A DNA stretch of 63,982 bases, the filler included, from Perkinsus chesapeaki ATCC PRA-425 (taxonomy: Eukaryota; Protista; Perkinsozoa): assembly GCA_013115145.1 (NCBI GenBank). It is 12 parts of 12 records of this genome, joined end to end, with 100 filler letters (N's around TTAATTAATTAA, not from the genome) between each part and the next. Parts side by side here need not be neighbours in the genome. Positions count along the whole stretch, not along the records: positions 10,042 to 37,991 come from JAAPAO010000484.1; 11 more parts are not named here. One strand, 5' to 3'. The position numbers and the translations under genes are program-made. Of the stretch, positions 23,601 to 36,672 are shown one piece after another. The notes beneath the pieces are model-generated. The model did not search any database, was not told where the DNA came from, and was given only the letters and a program-made list of their open reading frames with translations. Position 1 is the first letter of the stretch, and each line of letters opens with the position of its first letter.

Positions 23601-24039
23601 TTGATAGCTTAACTGTTCACTTTAATAACTGGCTGTCACCCCTATAATTCGAGTCACGGGTCATGACATAGACCGTGTCACATAAGCCCCTCGCGGCTTT
23701 AAGTGGTTTTGTGTAAAACTTATTCACTATCCCTGTCTCTTCGTCGATTCTAGCCTTCACTTCTGTACTTCGGTCACCTCTTCATATCATTTGTGTTACA
23801 CTATACCCTTCTCATTTTAAAAGAGTATACCTTGGTGTGCCTCTTGATTCGCTCCTACATTCCTTGCCCCTTGCCCCTCGAATTCAGAACCTCCGCAATT
23901 CGAGTCTCCGGCGGTTCTGTGCGCTTGTGCTACTGGACTCTTCTCACGTCTATTATCGCTCATATTCGCAGCCAGCCGCATTGGCCCGACATTCTCTAGT
24001 AAGCGCACTTACGTCACGGTCACGAGACATATAGGTAGG

Positions 24040-24230
24040 TTGGAAGGTATCGGGGGTAGCCGGAAGAGAAGTGTAAAAAGCCGTGAGAGGTGGTCCCCGA
24101 GGTCGAGGTGTCCAAATTGGCGTCTAACACAGTAAGTGAGGAACTCAGAGTCAGCTGGTGTCGGAGGGTTAATTGACCCACGGGCAATTGAAACAACGTG
24201 AGCTTCATTGTAGAACTCCAACCCCCCTAC
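24040..24230 (-). pseudogene. Segment paralogous to 50700-50925 (lineage-specific family), apparently frameshifted
   Basis: Shares the blocks GTATCGGGGGTAGCCG and AACTCA(G/A)AGTCAGCTGGTGT. The TPAD and GYPRY motifs fall in different frames here but in one frame at 50.8 kb. Confidence 0.5.
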
Positions 24231-24760
24231 AGCTCCGGGCTAGATATGTCTCGGCAGGACTACTATCCGGGCATTCTGTAATCAGATTTTGTAATCTGTT
24301 GGGGGTAACTCACGATGACACTTTCTTTTCTTACAGGCATCTCTGGAACTTCTACAGAGGCTTGGGTTTCTGGTCAATCTTTCGGGTCTCTGATTTCAAG
24401 GAGGAGTAAAGCACTTGCTCGAATAGTCTACATAACAGCGAGAATGGCCGTTGCCTAATTTGCACTCCTGAAACTCTCAATCCTTTCAGCGGCAACCACG
24501 GAGTTGAGGGATAGAACACGCAAACTACTTCACGCTGTGAAGTGTCAATTATGGACCCGGCGAACCGCTAGGGGCCACTTGTTACGTTACATTACGGAAA
24601 CTGATTGAACACAAGTACTTGTTTCTCATGTGAAACGCCTGAAAGACGGCATTATGTTTCCTCTACAAAGGACTCATTTGATAATCAAGTCTATGTTGAT
24701 TATCAAAACTGGAAGCTATGTTATTGATCTACTGTATTTTCAAGACATGTCTCAAAGCCC

Positions 24761-27342
24761 TCAAAGCGATACCTCAACTGTGACTATACTCGAGCTGGGA
24801 ATAACAACATGTAAAGATCCACTTCGCCCTGCCAAACTGATGTCAACGTGTTTCTCTTCCGTTTGCTCTTCAATGTGGTAATTGGTAGCCTGGCCGACAC
24901 GTGACAATAAGATGCGGAGCGACATTAACCCACCACAAGAACAATCTTGGATTCGTCTGGGCTGAGGAATGCTGAGCAAGTCAAGTGTTCAGTGTTCCCA
25001 TTCACACTAACATCGATTCTTTGATAGCCAGGAGTGACGAATCGTGAGATGTGAGAGAAGGTGTAGAACGAGCGATACAACTAAGAACGGTCAGTAATGA
25101 TCTCTGTACCTGTGACGACACTATTGAGAACTCACCGTAAGCTCGCTGCTGTTTGTGACGTGAATGTGGGTATAACACCAGTTCTTGAGCCTGGAATGAT
25201 TCGGACCTCCGGCGCCCTACATGAGTAAACTAGTCCTCGATCTACTTTGAAGAGTGGCTTACATTCTCCACAATATTCAGAAGTATAGACCAGTCCATCC
25301 AACCTACCACATTCGAGTTTAAATCGCCTAGTATGTCCTCAGCCTAAAAGCAGCCTTGCAGTAGAGAAGGAGGCAAATACTCTACTACTTACATATCTCA
25401 TTGCCCTTTTCCACTCTGTATTGAACTGAACGTCTAATACACCATCACAGTTACCTGAGGTGGCGCGGCTTTACAAATCGACCCGGATTAGGGAGAGTTT
25501 TGTTAGTGGCAGTGAGATTGCTCACATCCTTCGGTTGCCAATTGATAATATTTGTCACCGTATTTTTCTTGAAAGGCTTTCACATTCTCAAAGTAAGGGC
25601 CGTCATACCAATGAAGAGCTATTCCTGAGACGTAACTGAATACACCAGAAAACTAGGGCCACTATGAGCAGCGAGCCGAATGAGTTCTACCTCGCAGCCT
25701 TCTCGTTCTGGAGGAACTCGTCGGCCCATAGCATCATTCCCATTTTGTTGAAGTCGTAGAATAATAGGCTCACTTCATGGCCGTCCCTCTCCATAACCTT
25801 GCACCAACAATTTCCTTGAGAGCTTCGATGCAAGGGGGATAGGCAGTTCCATGATAACAATATAGAAGGCTTTCAGTCTGTTAGGCGTATAGTGGAAATG
25901 TCAATGTTCGGAGAATGGCCAAGGCCTCGTCGGAACGCAAACAAGCGTGTTTGTGATGGGCGTGTAGGCCGTTTCATAGGGATCCTCCAGGCGATGAAAT
26001 TAGACTTTTCCGCGTAAGTGTCCAAACAGTAAGTAATAAATGATATGTAATATACATTAACCGATACATTTGGCTACCGATTACCACTGCCCAAACACTT
26101 ACTGGACCGAGGTGGTTCGCAACGAAATCAGCCTCACCCTTTGCATCATAGAAGCATTGCTCCCACCAAATGTTGATGTAATTACTAAAACGGCAAACTG
26201 AATCAGTTTCTTACATGCTCTTACCCGGGCTCATTCTGAACGGTGTGATAAGTGAAATTGATACCATGCTTCGCATACCCTTGAAACTGAGAAGTAGCGC
26301 TTCCACTAATCGTCATCATCAGATGCTGCCATTCCCTCACCCAAAGCGATCGGTATTCAGCCCAAGCTCGATGGTACCGTGTATCATTCTTCAGACAAGG
26401 CATTTCGCTCCCTATCATTTCGTGATTCCCATTCTTCATCCAGTACGGTGGGGACCACGGACTTGCTGAGAGCGCGAAGTATACGGGCTGACGCGTTCGG
26501 ACTGACCTAGCAAACTCAAACCGCCGGTATCACGGGTATAGGATTGAGCGTCATGAATCATTGAGAACATGCCGTGCTCTTCGTCCTTTTTAAGATCGCT
26601 ATCAAAATGCTCCAAGTTGAAGTCATCAGATACATTATCGAAGTTATACCTGGAGTTCAAGTGCTATCCCCCAACAGAAGACCTTCCCCGATCTAGCTGT
26701 ACAGGAGCTTTGGCCCATCTAGGCAGAACTTCACACTCATTGGGATTGGTGCCCCGGAGTTCGACGAGTCGGGCGCACAATAGCTCAGCTGACCACTTAC
26801 GTGTCAGGTGAGAAGTCACATGAATTGATGGGAACTCTGCCAAGATTGTAATGAAGGCCGTCTGGTCCAAAGACTCTAACTTAGACACTCTTCTCTGAAG
26901 AATCCGAAGCTTACAGTCTCATAAACTGCTCTTGCATTGAGCGATTGAGATTCTTATACAAGTAGGCTGCAGCCTGGGTGAAAGTGGCGCCGAAGCCCTG
27001 AATTTTTTGATGCTTGCTTCCTAAATGAGGACTTCCACGCATTTCTAACTCCACGGAATCCGACCAGGATCCAATGCAACAGTAGTCGTGGCAGCATGCC
27101 CCTCAGCGTCGTTCCATCTAACCTCGGCCCGCTGCAGCGGTTCACCAGTTTCAGTGGTGGTGTAGCTGACAGGGAGATTACACTCACATGGAGCACTGTG
27201 AAACTTACGTCTGAGCAGCCCCTTGTGGTGGTGGCGGTGCTGCAGTAGTAGTGGAACCTCCGCTCGAGTTGCTACTGCATCCGTCGAAGAGGAAAGATAT
27301 AAAACCCAACAGAAGAGTGAGGAGCTGTGTGGCGGAAGCCAT
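24761..27342 (-). CDS. Glycoside hydrolase family 30, glucosylceramidase-like (multi-exon)
   Basis: QKIQGFGATFTQAA, YNFDNVSDDFNLEHF, acid/base TVQNEP, GIALHWY, nucleophile LATEG, DLNSNVVGWMDW, C-terminal IPSSSIVTVEV; hydrophobic N-terminus. Confidence 0.92.
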
Positions 27343-27432
27343 GAAGATAAGCGACTCGGACGGGTTCAAGATGGAATTGAGTACTCAATAGACTAATGGC
27401 AAATGAGGCTAATTAGAAATGCATGTAATATC

Positions 27433-30034
27433 TTATATCACCACATCTTCAATGTATTCGCATAAAGCGTCGAGTTGACCAGAAGAATCCTGAGATTCTT
27501 CGCCCAATGAAGGCATCGACGATGAGTCGCTGAAAGTTGAGTTCAAGGCCACGCACTTTATGTGGAGGTTTACCGGGAGCTCGATTCGCCACCTCCTTCC
27601 GCAGATCGATAATTCCCATCTATAGCAGATCGATGACTGCTGTTACTGCCGCTGGCCTGAGGCGCGTGACTCTGCAAGTTTCAAAAATGGGAGTGTACAC
27701 TGCTCTGGGCCCAGTCCTCCTCATAACGTGGGGAATCTTTCCCCGCCGAGTCCCCTTGAGATGGGCCACTGTCCAACGGGTGGTGGCTCTGGGAGACTGG
27801 TGAGGATATTGAGGCGGGCTTCCTCATCAAGGACTGTATCTCGTCAGTCAACCGAGCCAGACGCAAGACGTTCTCCTCCAGCGACTCTGAAGAAGACACA
27901 AGCATCCGGGTGCATCTTCGTCACACAACCAGTTGTCTCCCCGCGTGATCGCTGGCTCCAGTGAGGGTCGGGGTACGATTATCCTCCCACGTCAAACAAA
28001 GCTCTTACCGTCAACAGCTGAAGGTCCATCTATGTTCGACGAGTCTCTAGGATCTGGGCTTCTGGGCACTGAGTCTGCGATGCCACTCAGTTTTACCTAA
28101 TGGCGTACTGAGCTCGGATCAGAGAGCTATTGGCAGAGAACATTAATAAGTGAACTCACAGGAGATCCGCGAGCACCGGGACGAGGTCTCAGCGGCGGTA
28201 GTTCGCCAAGCAGTCTGGTTCCGCTAGATCCAAGGCCTTCTGTGATGGAAGGACTACCGCCACTGCCGCCGCCGCTGCCTTCTGACGACATGCTGCGGTC
28301 CACACCGATATCCTCAGACCAATGGGGAGCGGACAGTCCTGGTGTGATGCCATGAAAGAAGGGCTTCGGGGTAGACTTACCACCTCTACTGGAGGTTCCG
28401 AGGCGACCGAGAGGGGACAACTGAAGATGGGCATTGATCGGCGACGAACGATATTGGCCAAGTCACCAAGGCGCTTGTAGAGCTGGTGACACTTATTTCT
28501 TCGCCATCAGTAGTTGAAGGTGGCGGGGCTCGTGGATGCCTGCTGCTCGGTCCATCAGTCGATAGGAGGGAATCGGCGTGTGCCGAGCCATCACCAAGCA
28601 CATTAAATGATCCCTAAATACGAGGTACATGCACCCACGGTTGACTAAAACTACCAAGGCTTCTCTAGGATCACTAAGACCTTGAGTTTCCTGTAAGCTT
28701 GCTGGTAGCTCGCCTGACGATAGATGACGCCAGACTGGTGTCGTCCCCAGCAGGAGAGTGTTCACCTCCAATAGAGACTGGGTGATTCCGAGGGGCGTAA
28801 TCGACTGAGAGATGTCCTCCCCGCGGAGTCGGTACCGCCGCTTCCGGCGATTTGCTCTGGATTGGCTGCCCCCGATCTGGCGAAACTGACGGTGACTTGG
28901 TGATCAAGGGTCGGTATGGAGGGGCCCCAGGAGACGGGACTTGCGACAGATTGACCTTTGCACCCGGAGATGAACGCTGTGGCGGGCTCTCCCCTATTGG
29001 ACCTGGCAACTCACACCTTCAGTGAGCGGTGGCCATCTGCGTACTTCCACAGGAGGCGGGCGTATTCAATGCCACGGCAACCAAGTGCTGCAGTAGGCTC
29101 TGGGACGGGTCCGTTTGAACAGTGAGACCGCATTCTTGTTCAAGCTCACGGCGTGATAGGCGAAATCGTGGGAGGTTAAGCTCAGGGACGTAAATCCTGA
29201 TAATCGCTAGTTCCAAAGTGCTCGCGGTAGACTGTGCTACTCCCTCGTGAGCGAGCGAGGTTGAACGAAGTTTTTGGCGGCACTTGATGGCAACTAATTC
29301 GCATTCGGAGTTAAAATCTTAAATTCCAGTCGAACATGCAATGACCCACCTGAGAGAGTGGGACAAATGGTAGAACTCCAAGAACTCTGCCACAAGCTCC
29401 GCCACCAGTGCGCCGTTAGGGTTATCGCTGAGCAGCTTCGCACCTGAAACCCTCGATGCCCTACTCGGATAGTGGAATAGTCTTGGAGAAGCGTTGATGA
29501 GCTCACTTAGGCTGTTAACATCAGTACATCGGTGTTTGGCAAAAGCTATATAAAACACAGCGATAGATTTCCAAGTCCCCACACGTCCAATTTTCGCGCA
29601 ATTCATTGCCCACAGTCTACTCCCAGCCTACCTGGATTCTTTTCATTCATATAGTCATCTGATTCGATCGCTTTATACCTGCTCACACAACGTAGCCATA
29701 ACGTAGGTCGATGCGAAGCACTGGATCACTTGGTATGTATGGCTGCCATACATACCGAGGGATACAGTCCTCCTCATCGTATCGCCTAAATTCCCTCTCA
29801 AGAGAACCCTGTAGTAAGTGTTGTTTTATATATCTCTGGGAGGAGTATGGAATAGGCAAGCGAGTAGGTATTTGCAGCATCATCCTCGACCTACACACAT
29901 GACCGCAGTTGAGCTCGGAGATCTCCTAGTGCACCATTCTTCTCAAGTGTGGCGATTACTAGCTTTTTGAGCTCATCCAAATTACCAGAGGGCAGAGCGG
30001 TTGGTAGCTGAGGAGCGTTACTCGCAGTGGCCAT
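27433..30034 (-). CDS. CEP43: FGFR1 oncogene partner / CEP43-like centrosomal LisH protein (multi-exon)
   Basis: ELKKLVIATLEKNGALGDLRAQLR, GALVAELVAEFLEFYHLSHSL, long low-complexity middle, C-terminal LCEYIEDVVI matching the FOP-family tail. Confidence 0.8.
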
Positions 30035-30459
30035 ATCAATAAATAGAAGGCTGCCACAGGACTGCAGCAGCACGGAGTTCTACGGTTCCCCCCTTCATTT
30101 CCAGTTGTGCACGCGTTCACTTTGCACGCATGCTCAACCGATCTCCCTGTTGTAAGCAAGGGTAATTCTTCTGTAACTGGTAGAACGCAAGATTCTAATA
30201 CAGCTGCTGACGAGAGGTGTATACAGAATAATAATGAGATCTAGATATTCTGCTATGTCAGCTATGGTCTAGTAAAGATTAGTGAGAAAGCAAGATATCA
30301 AGTCACTTAGCTAAAACCTTCAATACCTTCAACACCCCCTTGCCCCACGCCCGCACTGTGTACTACACATGGGTAAAGAAATAATAGAATGTGTGTATTG
30401 CACAAGTGTCAAACGCGATGTTGCAAACCTCTCTCACCTTCTAAACCCCGACTAGGGAG

Positions 30460-30700
30460 TTGATAGTGAGCCGGCCTTGCAAGTTCATGCTGGAAAGGCA
30501 CTTGTCCATGTACAAATTTGCATCAGCAACTTTCATTGCCGAAACCTGCTTGAATAGAGCCGCTCACCGTGAGTGACCATTGGTCACTGACCAAGAGTCA
30601 GGCGACTACTGCTGTCGGCATCGATGCGTAAATCGCTATCTTTTCGGGAGAGTGGGTGTTGACCGACAGCCGGATGGCGGCATGTCTTGCTTGGTAAGAC
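30460..30700 (+). CDS. Fragment resembling the CDC27/APC3 N-terminus
   Basis: MLERHLSMYKFASATFIAETCL and NRYLFGRVGVD resemble CDC27 N-terminal helices. No downstream TPR exons seen. Confidence 0.3.
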
Positions 30701-32208
30701 AGCCTCTGAAGTTTGGGATTATCTCTAGGCTGCCAGTGACAACACCGGAGCCGAGCCCAGTTAGTGACCCGTGCTCACTACAATCTACGCAAAGGACCAA
30801 GTTTGCCCAGCCAACTATGAGTCACAAACCAGGCACCTCGCAGCCTCTTCTCACGACACCTAAGCAAGAAAACCCTGCCAGTAATCCTGTCATCCTTATA
30901 ACTCATGACGTTCTTTCGTCATGAAGCGTTCCGTGACGGAAGTTTTGAAACAGTTTTGGAAGTCAGTTTTCCTCAGACTCTCTAAGCTGAGACGAGCCTC
31001 AGGGTGTAAACCCGTAGTAAACACCACAAACTCTTTAGTTATTGCAAAGGCGCACCCTCACAACTTTCCATTGGGGAAGGATTCCCATCAGGAACCTCGC
31101 TCGCCCAGGGGCGCATTCGCGCAAAATACACAATGCACAACTAAGCAGGCACAGACTCTCACTGCACTTCGCTTATTCACTCTACACACAACAAGTGGTG
31201 ATGCGCACATTTGTATATGAATCGCAAACGCGCTTCTGCTGAGAGGAGTAGGATTTCTTGACATTCGTTACAATGTAACGGTTACATTCTTATTCGGGTG
31301 CACCATACAGTGAAAATAACGGTGTTAAACTCTCGCTCGGAAGCTGCATATAGGATGGATAATCTAACTAAGCCCTTTGGCGTTGGACTGCGAACTCACA
31401 CACACAGCATCCTAAGCGCGACGATTGTTCTTCTTATAACCTCACGGCAGGGACTACTGCCAAATACAGTACAACGTAAACATTCCAGCGGTCATTGTTA
31501 CTTATACTAGACTCACCTACCGGTCATTCCCATGAATGGTTATCGTGAAACTAGCGCCGTTGTGACCGCTTGGCTGTCACCGTGTGTGTGCGTGCATCTT
31601 TGCAAAAAACAACCGAAGGAATCCGCCTTCTTGCATCCATCTACTTATGTTCTAGTGCTTAGCAGGAAAGCCTACTACGTTACTCCATTAGAGGTCTGTC
31701 CATACTACATGCTGTAGTGACTACAGTGTAATTACGTGACACGGGACAATAGTAATGTTCATGGTTCACGGTCGCTTATGCCAATAGTAACCATGACCAG
31801 TACAGTATATTCGATCGAACGATGACAACCGGACATACACTCCGGGTAAGGGTTAACTTGACCCTCACGTATACTTCAGATAATTTAGTAGAGTAACTCT
31901 ACGCACTCAAATGTAATACGGTGAGTATGGATGGCGGAAAGGGTATATTATCACTATTAGGAACTTCCTCTTATAGCAAGGTCTCATTTGAATGAATATA
32001 TTTTGATTGACGATAACTGTCGTGAGGCGAAATAGACAGTTGAGAGCGTGACGCGCCCGACGCGTCCTCCGTAAGGTTTCTACCCGGGAGATTACTGATG
32101 AGGAATGTGACACACACATCGCTGTGACAACACTGGATGCCAGAGAGCTGAAGTAGCTGGTATTACTTGCTCAGTAAACGCAATACTTGCTTTCAGTTTG
32201 TTGATAAC

Positions 32209-33891
32209 ATGATCATTGGAGGATTGGCACGCCTCTGCATAGCCTTTGGCCTGTGCTGCGAGTGCATGGCTTCCAGTGAAGATCCTGTGCCAGAGGCCAT
32301 TGCCGAACTACAAAAGGAGCTCCCTGAGAACGCCACTATTACAAAGGGGATTTCGGACCCATTCTTCAAAATGTTTGGTGCAAGCTACAACATCACCCCC
32401 GCAGCGATGGTTATCCCCGAGAATGCTAACCAGGTGGTGTCAGCCCTCACCATTTGCCATAAGTACAATGTGCCCGTTGCCGTGCGTAGCGGTGCTGGGC
32501 ACTCCTATATCGGCCAGAGCACCATCAATAACAGTATCGTTCTCAGCCTGCAGCTCTTGAAGGATTTTAAAGTGGATTTGGTGGATAATGAATATATTGC
32601 CAAATTAGGTGGAGGCCTCGACTTGCTTGAAGTTTACACCTTCATGGCTTATCATGATCCACCTCTCGGCTTCGCTGGTGGTTTCTCCCCGTCCACTGGT
32701 ATCGGTGGTTTCATCTCCGGTGGTGGTCATGGTGTGATGAGCTCCAAATATGGTATAGCTGTTGATCGTACTATCGCTGCAGATGTCGTTATCTTTGATA
32801 ACTCAATCGAGGCATTCAAAGTTGTCCATGCTACAACAACTAATGAGTATGCAGATCTTATGTTTGCTATTCGTGGTGGGATGGGTGGTAACTACGGTGT
32901 TGTCACCAACTTCTACTATAAGGCCTTTATAGCAGATAAAGTGCTATTCTCTTCAGGTGGTCTCAGTGAATGCAACAAATCGGAGTATGCTGATTACATG
33001 GAACCTTATCTTGACTTTATGCAGTCGGAAACAACGCCGGCTGAGTTCAGTGCAACCCTCATACTTGCATATCTGCCGCCCCGAGTCGTGTCCTACTATA
33101 TGTCTCTCTGTCAATGCGACAGCTCGGGTGGTGGCGACTGTACACAGTGCCAGAGGGTCACTGAAGCCTTCAGGAACAGTACAGGAGTAATAGGCTCTAC
33201 TGGGGCCTTCCCCGATATGAAAGAAATGAGTTTCGTTGAAGCTCAATGGACTAGTATGCAGTGTGGGAGTGTCTATCCTCCTGCTGGTATACCTGATACT
33301 CCGTTGAAAGATGTAGAAAAGGCAATGGCTGCTTGTCTCAAAATCGAAACTCAAGTGGTATTCCAATGGATCCAGATGCAGTACTACTATCCATCTAAAG
33401 TTGACGCACAAGCAGTAGACATCATGGTTGACCATATGTTCAGCCCAACCTGTGGTGAGTCTGGTTGTTACCAATACATTCTTCCCTACACACATAACAT
33501 GCTGAAGGAACCGGAAGATTGCACGACCACAGAAAAGTGCACTGCTTTTGATCATCGTCAGCGAGGTTTCTCCATTGAACATGGTATTTTCCTCAAGCCA
33601 GGTGAAGATCCTTCCAAGACTGCTAGGCCATGGCTCGGTGAATTCTCTTCAGCTATCGAACCATACACTACAAATACGAAGTATCAGAACTATCTTGAAG
33701 ATTCCATGACCAGAGAGGAATGGATTCCTCGTTATTTCCCTCATATTGGAACATATAAGAGGTTGCAGGACGTGAAGTGCAAGTATAATGCTATCGATAT
33801 GTTCGACTTCGCCCGCATCAGCAACTTCACTATCGAATTGGACGAGTGCCGATTGAGCTCGGCTCGGGGTGGTGTGGACGATGAGTTGTAG
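32209..33891 (+). CDS. Secreted FAD-linked oxidase, berberine-bridge-enzyme/VAO family, intronless
   Basis: RSGAGHSY (covalent His), GIGGFISGGGHG..SKYG..VD, AIRGGMGGNYGVVT, C-terminal YQNY..YKRLQDVKCKY. Probable start Met 32209 followed by a signal peptide. Confidence 0.92.
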   Translation: MIIGGLARLCIAFGLCCECMASSEDPVPEAIAELQKELPENATITKGISDPFFKMFGASYNITPAAMVIPENANQVVSALTICHKYNVPVAVRSGAGHSYIGQSTINNSIVLSLQLLKDFKVDLVDNEYIAKLGGGLDLLEVYTFMAYHDPPLGFAGGFSPSTGIGGFISGGGHGVMSSKYGIAVDRTIAADVVIFDNSIEAFKVVHATTTNEYADLMFAIRGGMGGNYGVVTNFYYKAFIADKVLFSSGGLSECNKSEYADYMEPYLDFMQSETTPAEFSATLILAYLPPRVVSYYMSLCQCDSSGGGDCTQCQRVTEAFRNSTGVIGSTGAFPDMKEMSFVEAQWTSMQCGSVYPPAGIPDTPLKDVEKAMAACLKIETQVVFQWIQMQYYYPSKVDAQAVDIMVDHMFSPTCGESGCYQYILPYTHNMLKEPEDCTTTEKCTAFDHRQRGFSIEHGIFLKPGEDPSKTARPWLGEFSSAIEPYTTNTKYQNYLEDSMTREEWIPRYFPHIGTYKRLQDVKCKYNAIDMFDFARISNFTIELDECRLSSARGGVDDEL

Positions 33892-35304
33892 ACTTAAACT
33901 TGTACTGTAGTCTTCTGTAGGCACGCATTGGCGTCCATACAAACGTGTATCAGCAGGCTTTTCTGCCTTTCTCTGGCAACCGTCTCTAGTTATAGTAAAT
34001 TGAGAGTTTGCGAGGGGCGTGTATCTCCGTATTTCATCAGTACGGCGCGCATCATGACGATCCTAGTGACGTCAATGACGAGTGTATATACTTACTCTAG
34101 AAGGAGTGGACGTGATAAGGACGTCAGGACGGTGATATAGACCTTGTGAACTATTTTGTCCCAACCGGCACACAGCTGGCGAGCTACACAGGTCGCACAC
34201 TATCATAGGCGCATGATTCGACAGTGCGACTGTGCATAGCTTTCTGGGGTTCCATCTACTGGTGCAGCACAAGAAATCTTGTGTAGCATGTGGTGCGTCA
34301 TCCTGTGACTTACCCCGCCTGTCTCATCTTCTCCCTCACACCTCGGAAAGGATCGGCTTTAAGGCCGCGTCTTACAAAATAGCACTCGAACGACTTCGAG
34401 CAGAAGGCAGACAGTACAGAATCTGTTCTACAGATCATCACATCATTCGCGATAGGCAGGCGAGGACAATGGAGATGCACCCACTGACGAACGCGGCATG
34501 GTTACCGCAAGCGCCAGCCGTTTACCACTTAATATTAAAAGCATGGAACCACGGTTTCCCATTTGCAACGGTAATCGCCATGTCTTACCACTCTAGGTAC
34601 TAAATGGAACTGCACCTTTGTTATAAAATGGTGGTATGTGCTTACGGGCTATAAGCCTTATTTTTACATAACGCCTGTGACGTGCGTGCTGTAGACTCTG
34701 TTGAGGGATTGCTCCAACTGCTGAGCAGGTCGCAGTTACTCAATTATAACTATGCGACGCAGAGCTTGGTGCTCAGAGCACCGTGCTCTGGTCCCGCGCA
34801 TCCAATTGCAATTATCGAGGACATTCTTAGCGTGATGTAAAAGAAATCTCCACGGTGACAACTCAACTACTCCATCAGAGCTAGAGATGCGTATCTCAGA
34901 TAACTGTTGGATAATAAGTTATTTTTTTAGACTTCTGACACAAGTGACTGGTGCCTCAGCTGGTGACAAAAATGTCTAACGATGTTGGGAATTCCAATCT
35001 CCCGAGACGTAAGGCAATGTGCAATAGCAACGTCACAGCAGACTCACTTGTGCACAAAAAGCGGCATACCAAGACACTGCCTTGAAGACAGTACTCTTGA
35101 ACAATGCTCTAGATAACAGCGAAGAGTATTCTTCAAGACTCGTGTATTGACGGGATCGATGTTCAAAAGCCTTCACCACTGCAGCGGGTGATGCAAGCAT
35201 AGTTGGTTATCCTGTACGGTTATCTGAGCAAGGGAACCATCAACCGTGGTTAATCCACGCCCAATCACATTCAGATTCTCTTTTGGTCGCATGTTCGACG
35301 GAAG

Positions 35305-36672
35305 TCACAAGGAGATGTTATAACACACCATGGAGCACTTACATGTGTTAGGGTCACATATGGCTTGTCTGGCGTAGTCCCATGAGTGTCCGGGAATGAA
35401 CCCCAATTTCACGAAATAGTCAATGCACCACTGTTTGCCATGCGTACCTGGCACCTGTAAATTGTATGGGATATAAATTTCTTTTGTGAAGATATTTTGT
35501 CCAGGATCATCGCAGTTTGTAGCAGAAAAATTGCCGTACGTAACCAATAGCTTTATAGTTGCAGTAGTGCCCAGGTCACATCTGTCATAACGATCAAAAT
35601 ATGATACGTACTCATCCCAACTCTCTCCACCTGGCGAGGGAGTAGCGGTTGTCGTAGTGAATGTGGGGCATGTGGGGGTAGGACATCGCAAGTCCCTATT
35701 ATCCCACCATACGAATCTGTCACCACCAAAGTCCCATATCTTCAAGAGGCCAGATAAATCCATTCTGAGAGCTCCCGTCCCACCATTGGTCACCTCATTC
35801 TGATCATGCCCAGCACCACAACCACCTGCTATTAGAATAGGATCATTGCATGGCCAGTTGTCACAGTGCTTGTAGACAGAGTGTCCAGAGCTTCTATAGT
35901 AGATATAACCGTGTGTGACATCCGCGACATCGAAGCCTAGTCGACCTTCGACTATAAAGTCATACTTGAGTGATCGCTCTGACTTGAATGGAGTCCACCT
36001 TACAAGTCTAGCATTCTCGATCGGGCCTTGAAGTATATATAGATCTCCATTGGCATATTTCACTGCCAAGGGATGATAGAGATGGGTCTCGTCGTCAACA
36101 GAAAGACCGTCGCTGTTCCCGGCAGCCACACGCATGGGATAACCAGGAGTAGATGGATCATAGCGGTAAACTAGATTCCTCTTCTTATCACTTACGAAGA
36201 GGAAGTGGGATGACCTATCAAATCCCAGACCAGTAAGCTCGTATCTATCATCGGCTTTCTGGATAACCTTATACTCGCCTTCTAATGGTCGTAACCGATT
36301 ACCCGGAGTTCCATACATACGAACCTCATTATCAATTACGGCAAAGACGTAGGTTGCATCTTGTCTCTGGTAGTACACGTCAATCGCTTCTGGCAGGCCA
36401 CTGAATACCAGCTCGGTTATTTTACCCGAATAGTGTATACGCCAAACTCCATACAAGCCAGTTTTCTTCTCCTCACCGGCCACATACCAGTTGCCGTTGT
36501 CATCGAAGGCAAAGTCCACCACTCGCATGCCACCATCGGGCAGGAAATGCTCTCCGAGCGTCTCCTTTGAGAATATCTTCTTAGCCTTATGACTTTGGCA
36601 CCAGTCTGACTGGCCCAAAACCATCGATATACTCAGGCCAACTGACACCAACAGGATCGTGATGATACCCAT
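35305..36672 (-). CDS. Secreted NHL/beta-propeller-like protein with Thr-rich linker and Cys-rich tail, intronless
   Basis: Signal MGIITILLVSVGLSISMVLG; repeats with DFAFDDNGNWYV, LFVSD..NLVYRY, VAAGNSDG, LIAGGCGAG; CPTPTCPTFTTTT linker. Confidence 0.7.
   Translation of the reverse strand: MGIITILLVSVGLSISMVLGQSDWCQSHKAKKIFSKETLGEHFLPDGGMRVVDFAFDDNGNWYVAGEEKKTGLYGVWRIHYSGKITELVFSGLPEAIDVYYQRQDATYVFAVIDNEVRMYGTPGNRLRPLEGEYKVIQKADDRYELTGLGFDRSSHFLFVSDKKRNLVYRYDPSTPGYPMRVAAGNSDGLSVDDETHLYHPLAVKYANGDLYILQGPIENARLVRWTPFKSERSLKYDFIVEGRLGFDVADVTHGYIYYRSSGHSVYKHCDNWPCNDPILIAGGCGAGHDQNEVTNGGTGALRMDLSGLLKIWDFGGDRFVWWDNRDLRCPTPTCPTFTTTTATPSPGGESWDEYVSYFDRYDRCDLGTTATIKLLVTYGNFSATNCDDPGQNIFTKEIYIPYNLQVPGTHGKQWCIDYFVKLGFIPGHSWDYARQAICDPNTCKCSMVCYNISL

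Noticed and set aside
25520-25560. Frameshift before the GH30 nucleophile
   Set aside because: Careful reading gives KYGDKYYQLATEG in one frame.
32953-33582. 209-aa minus-strand ORF
   Set aside because: Antisense shadow of the FAD oxidase.
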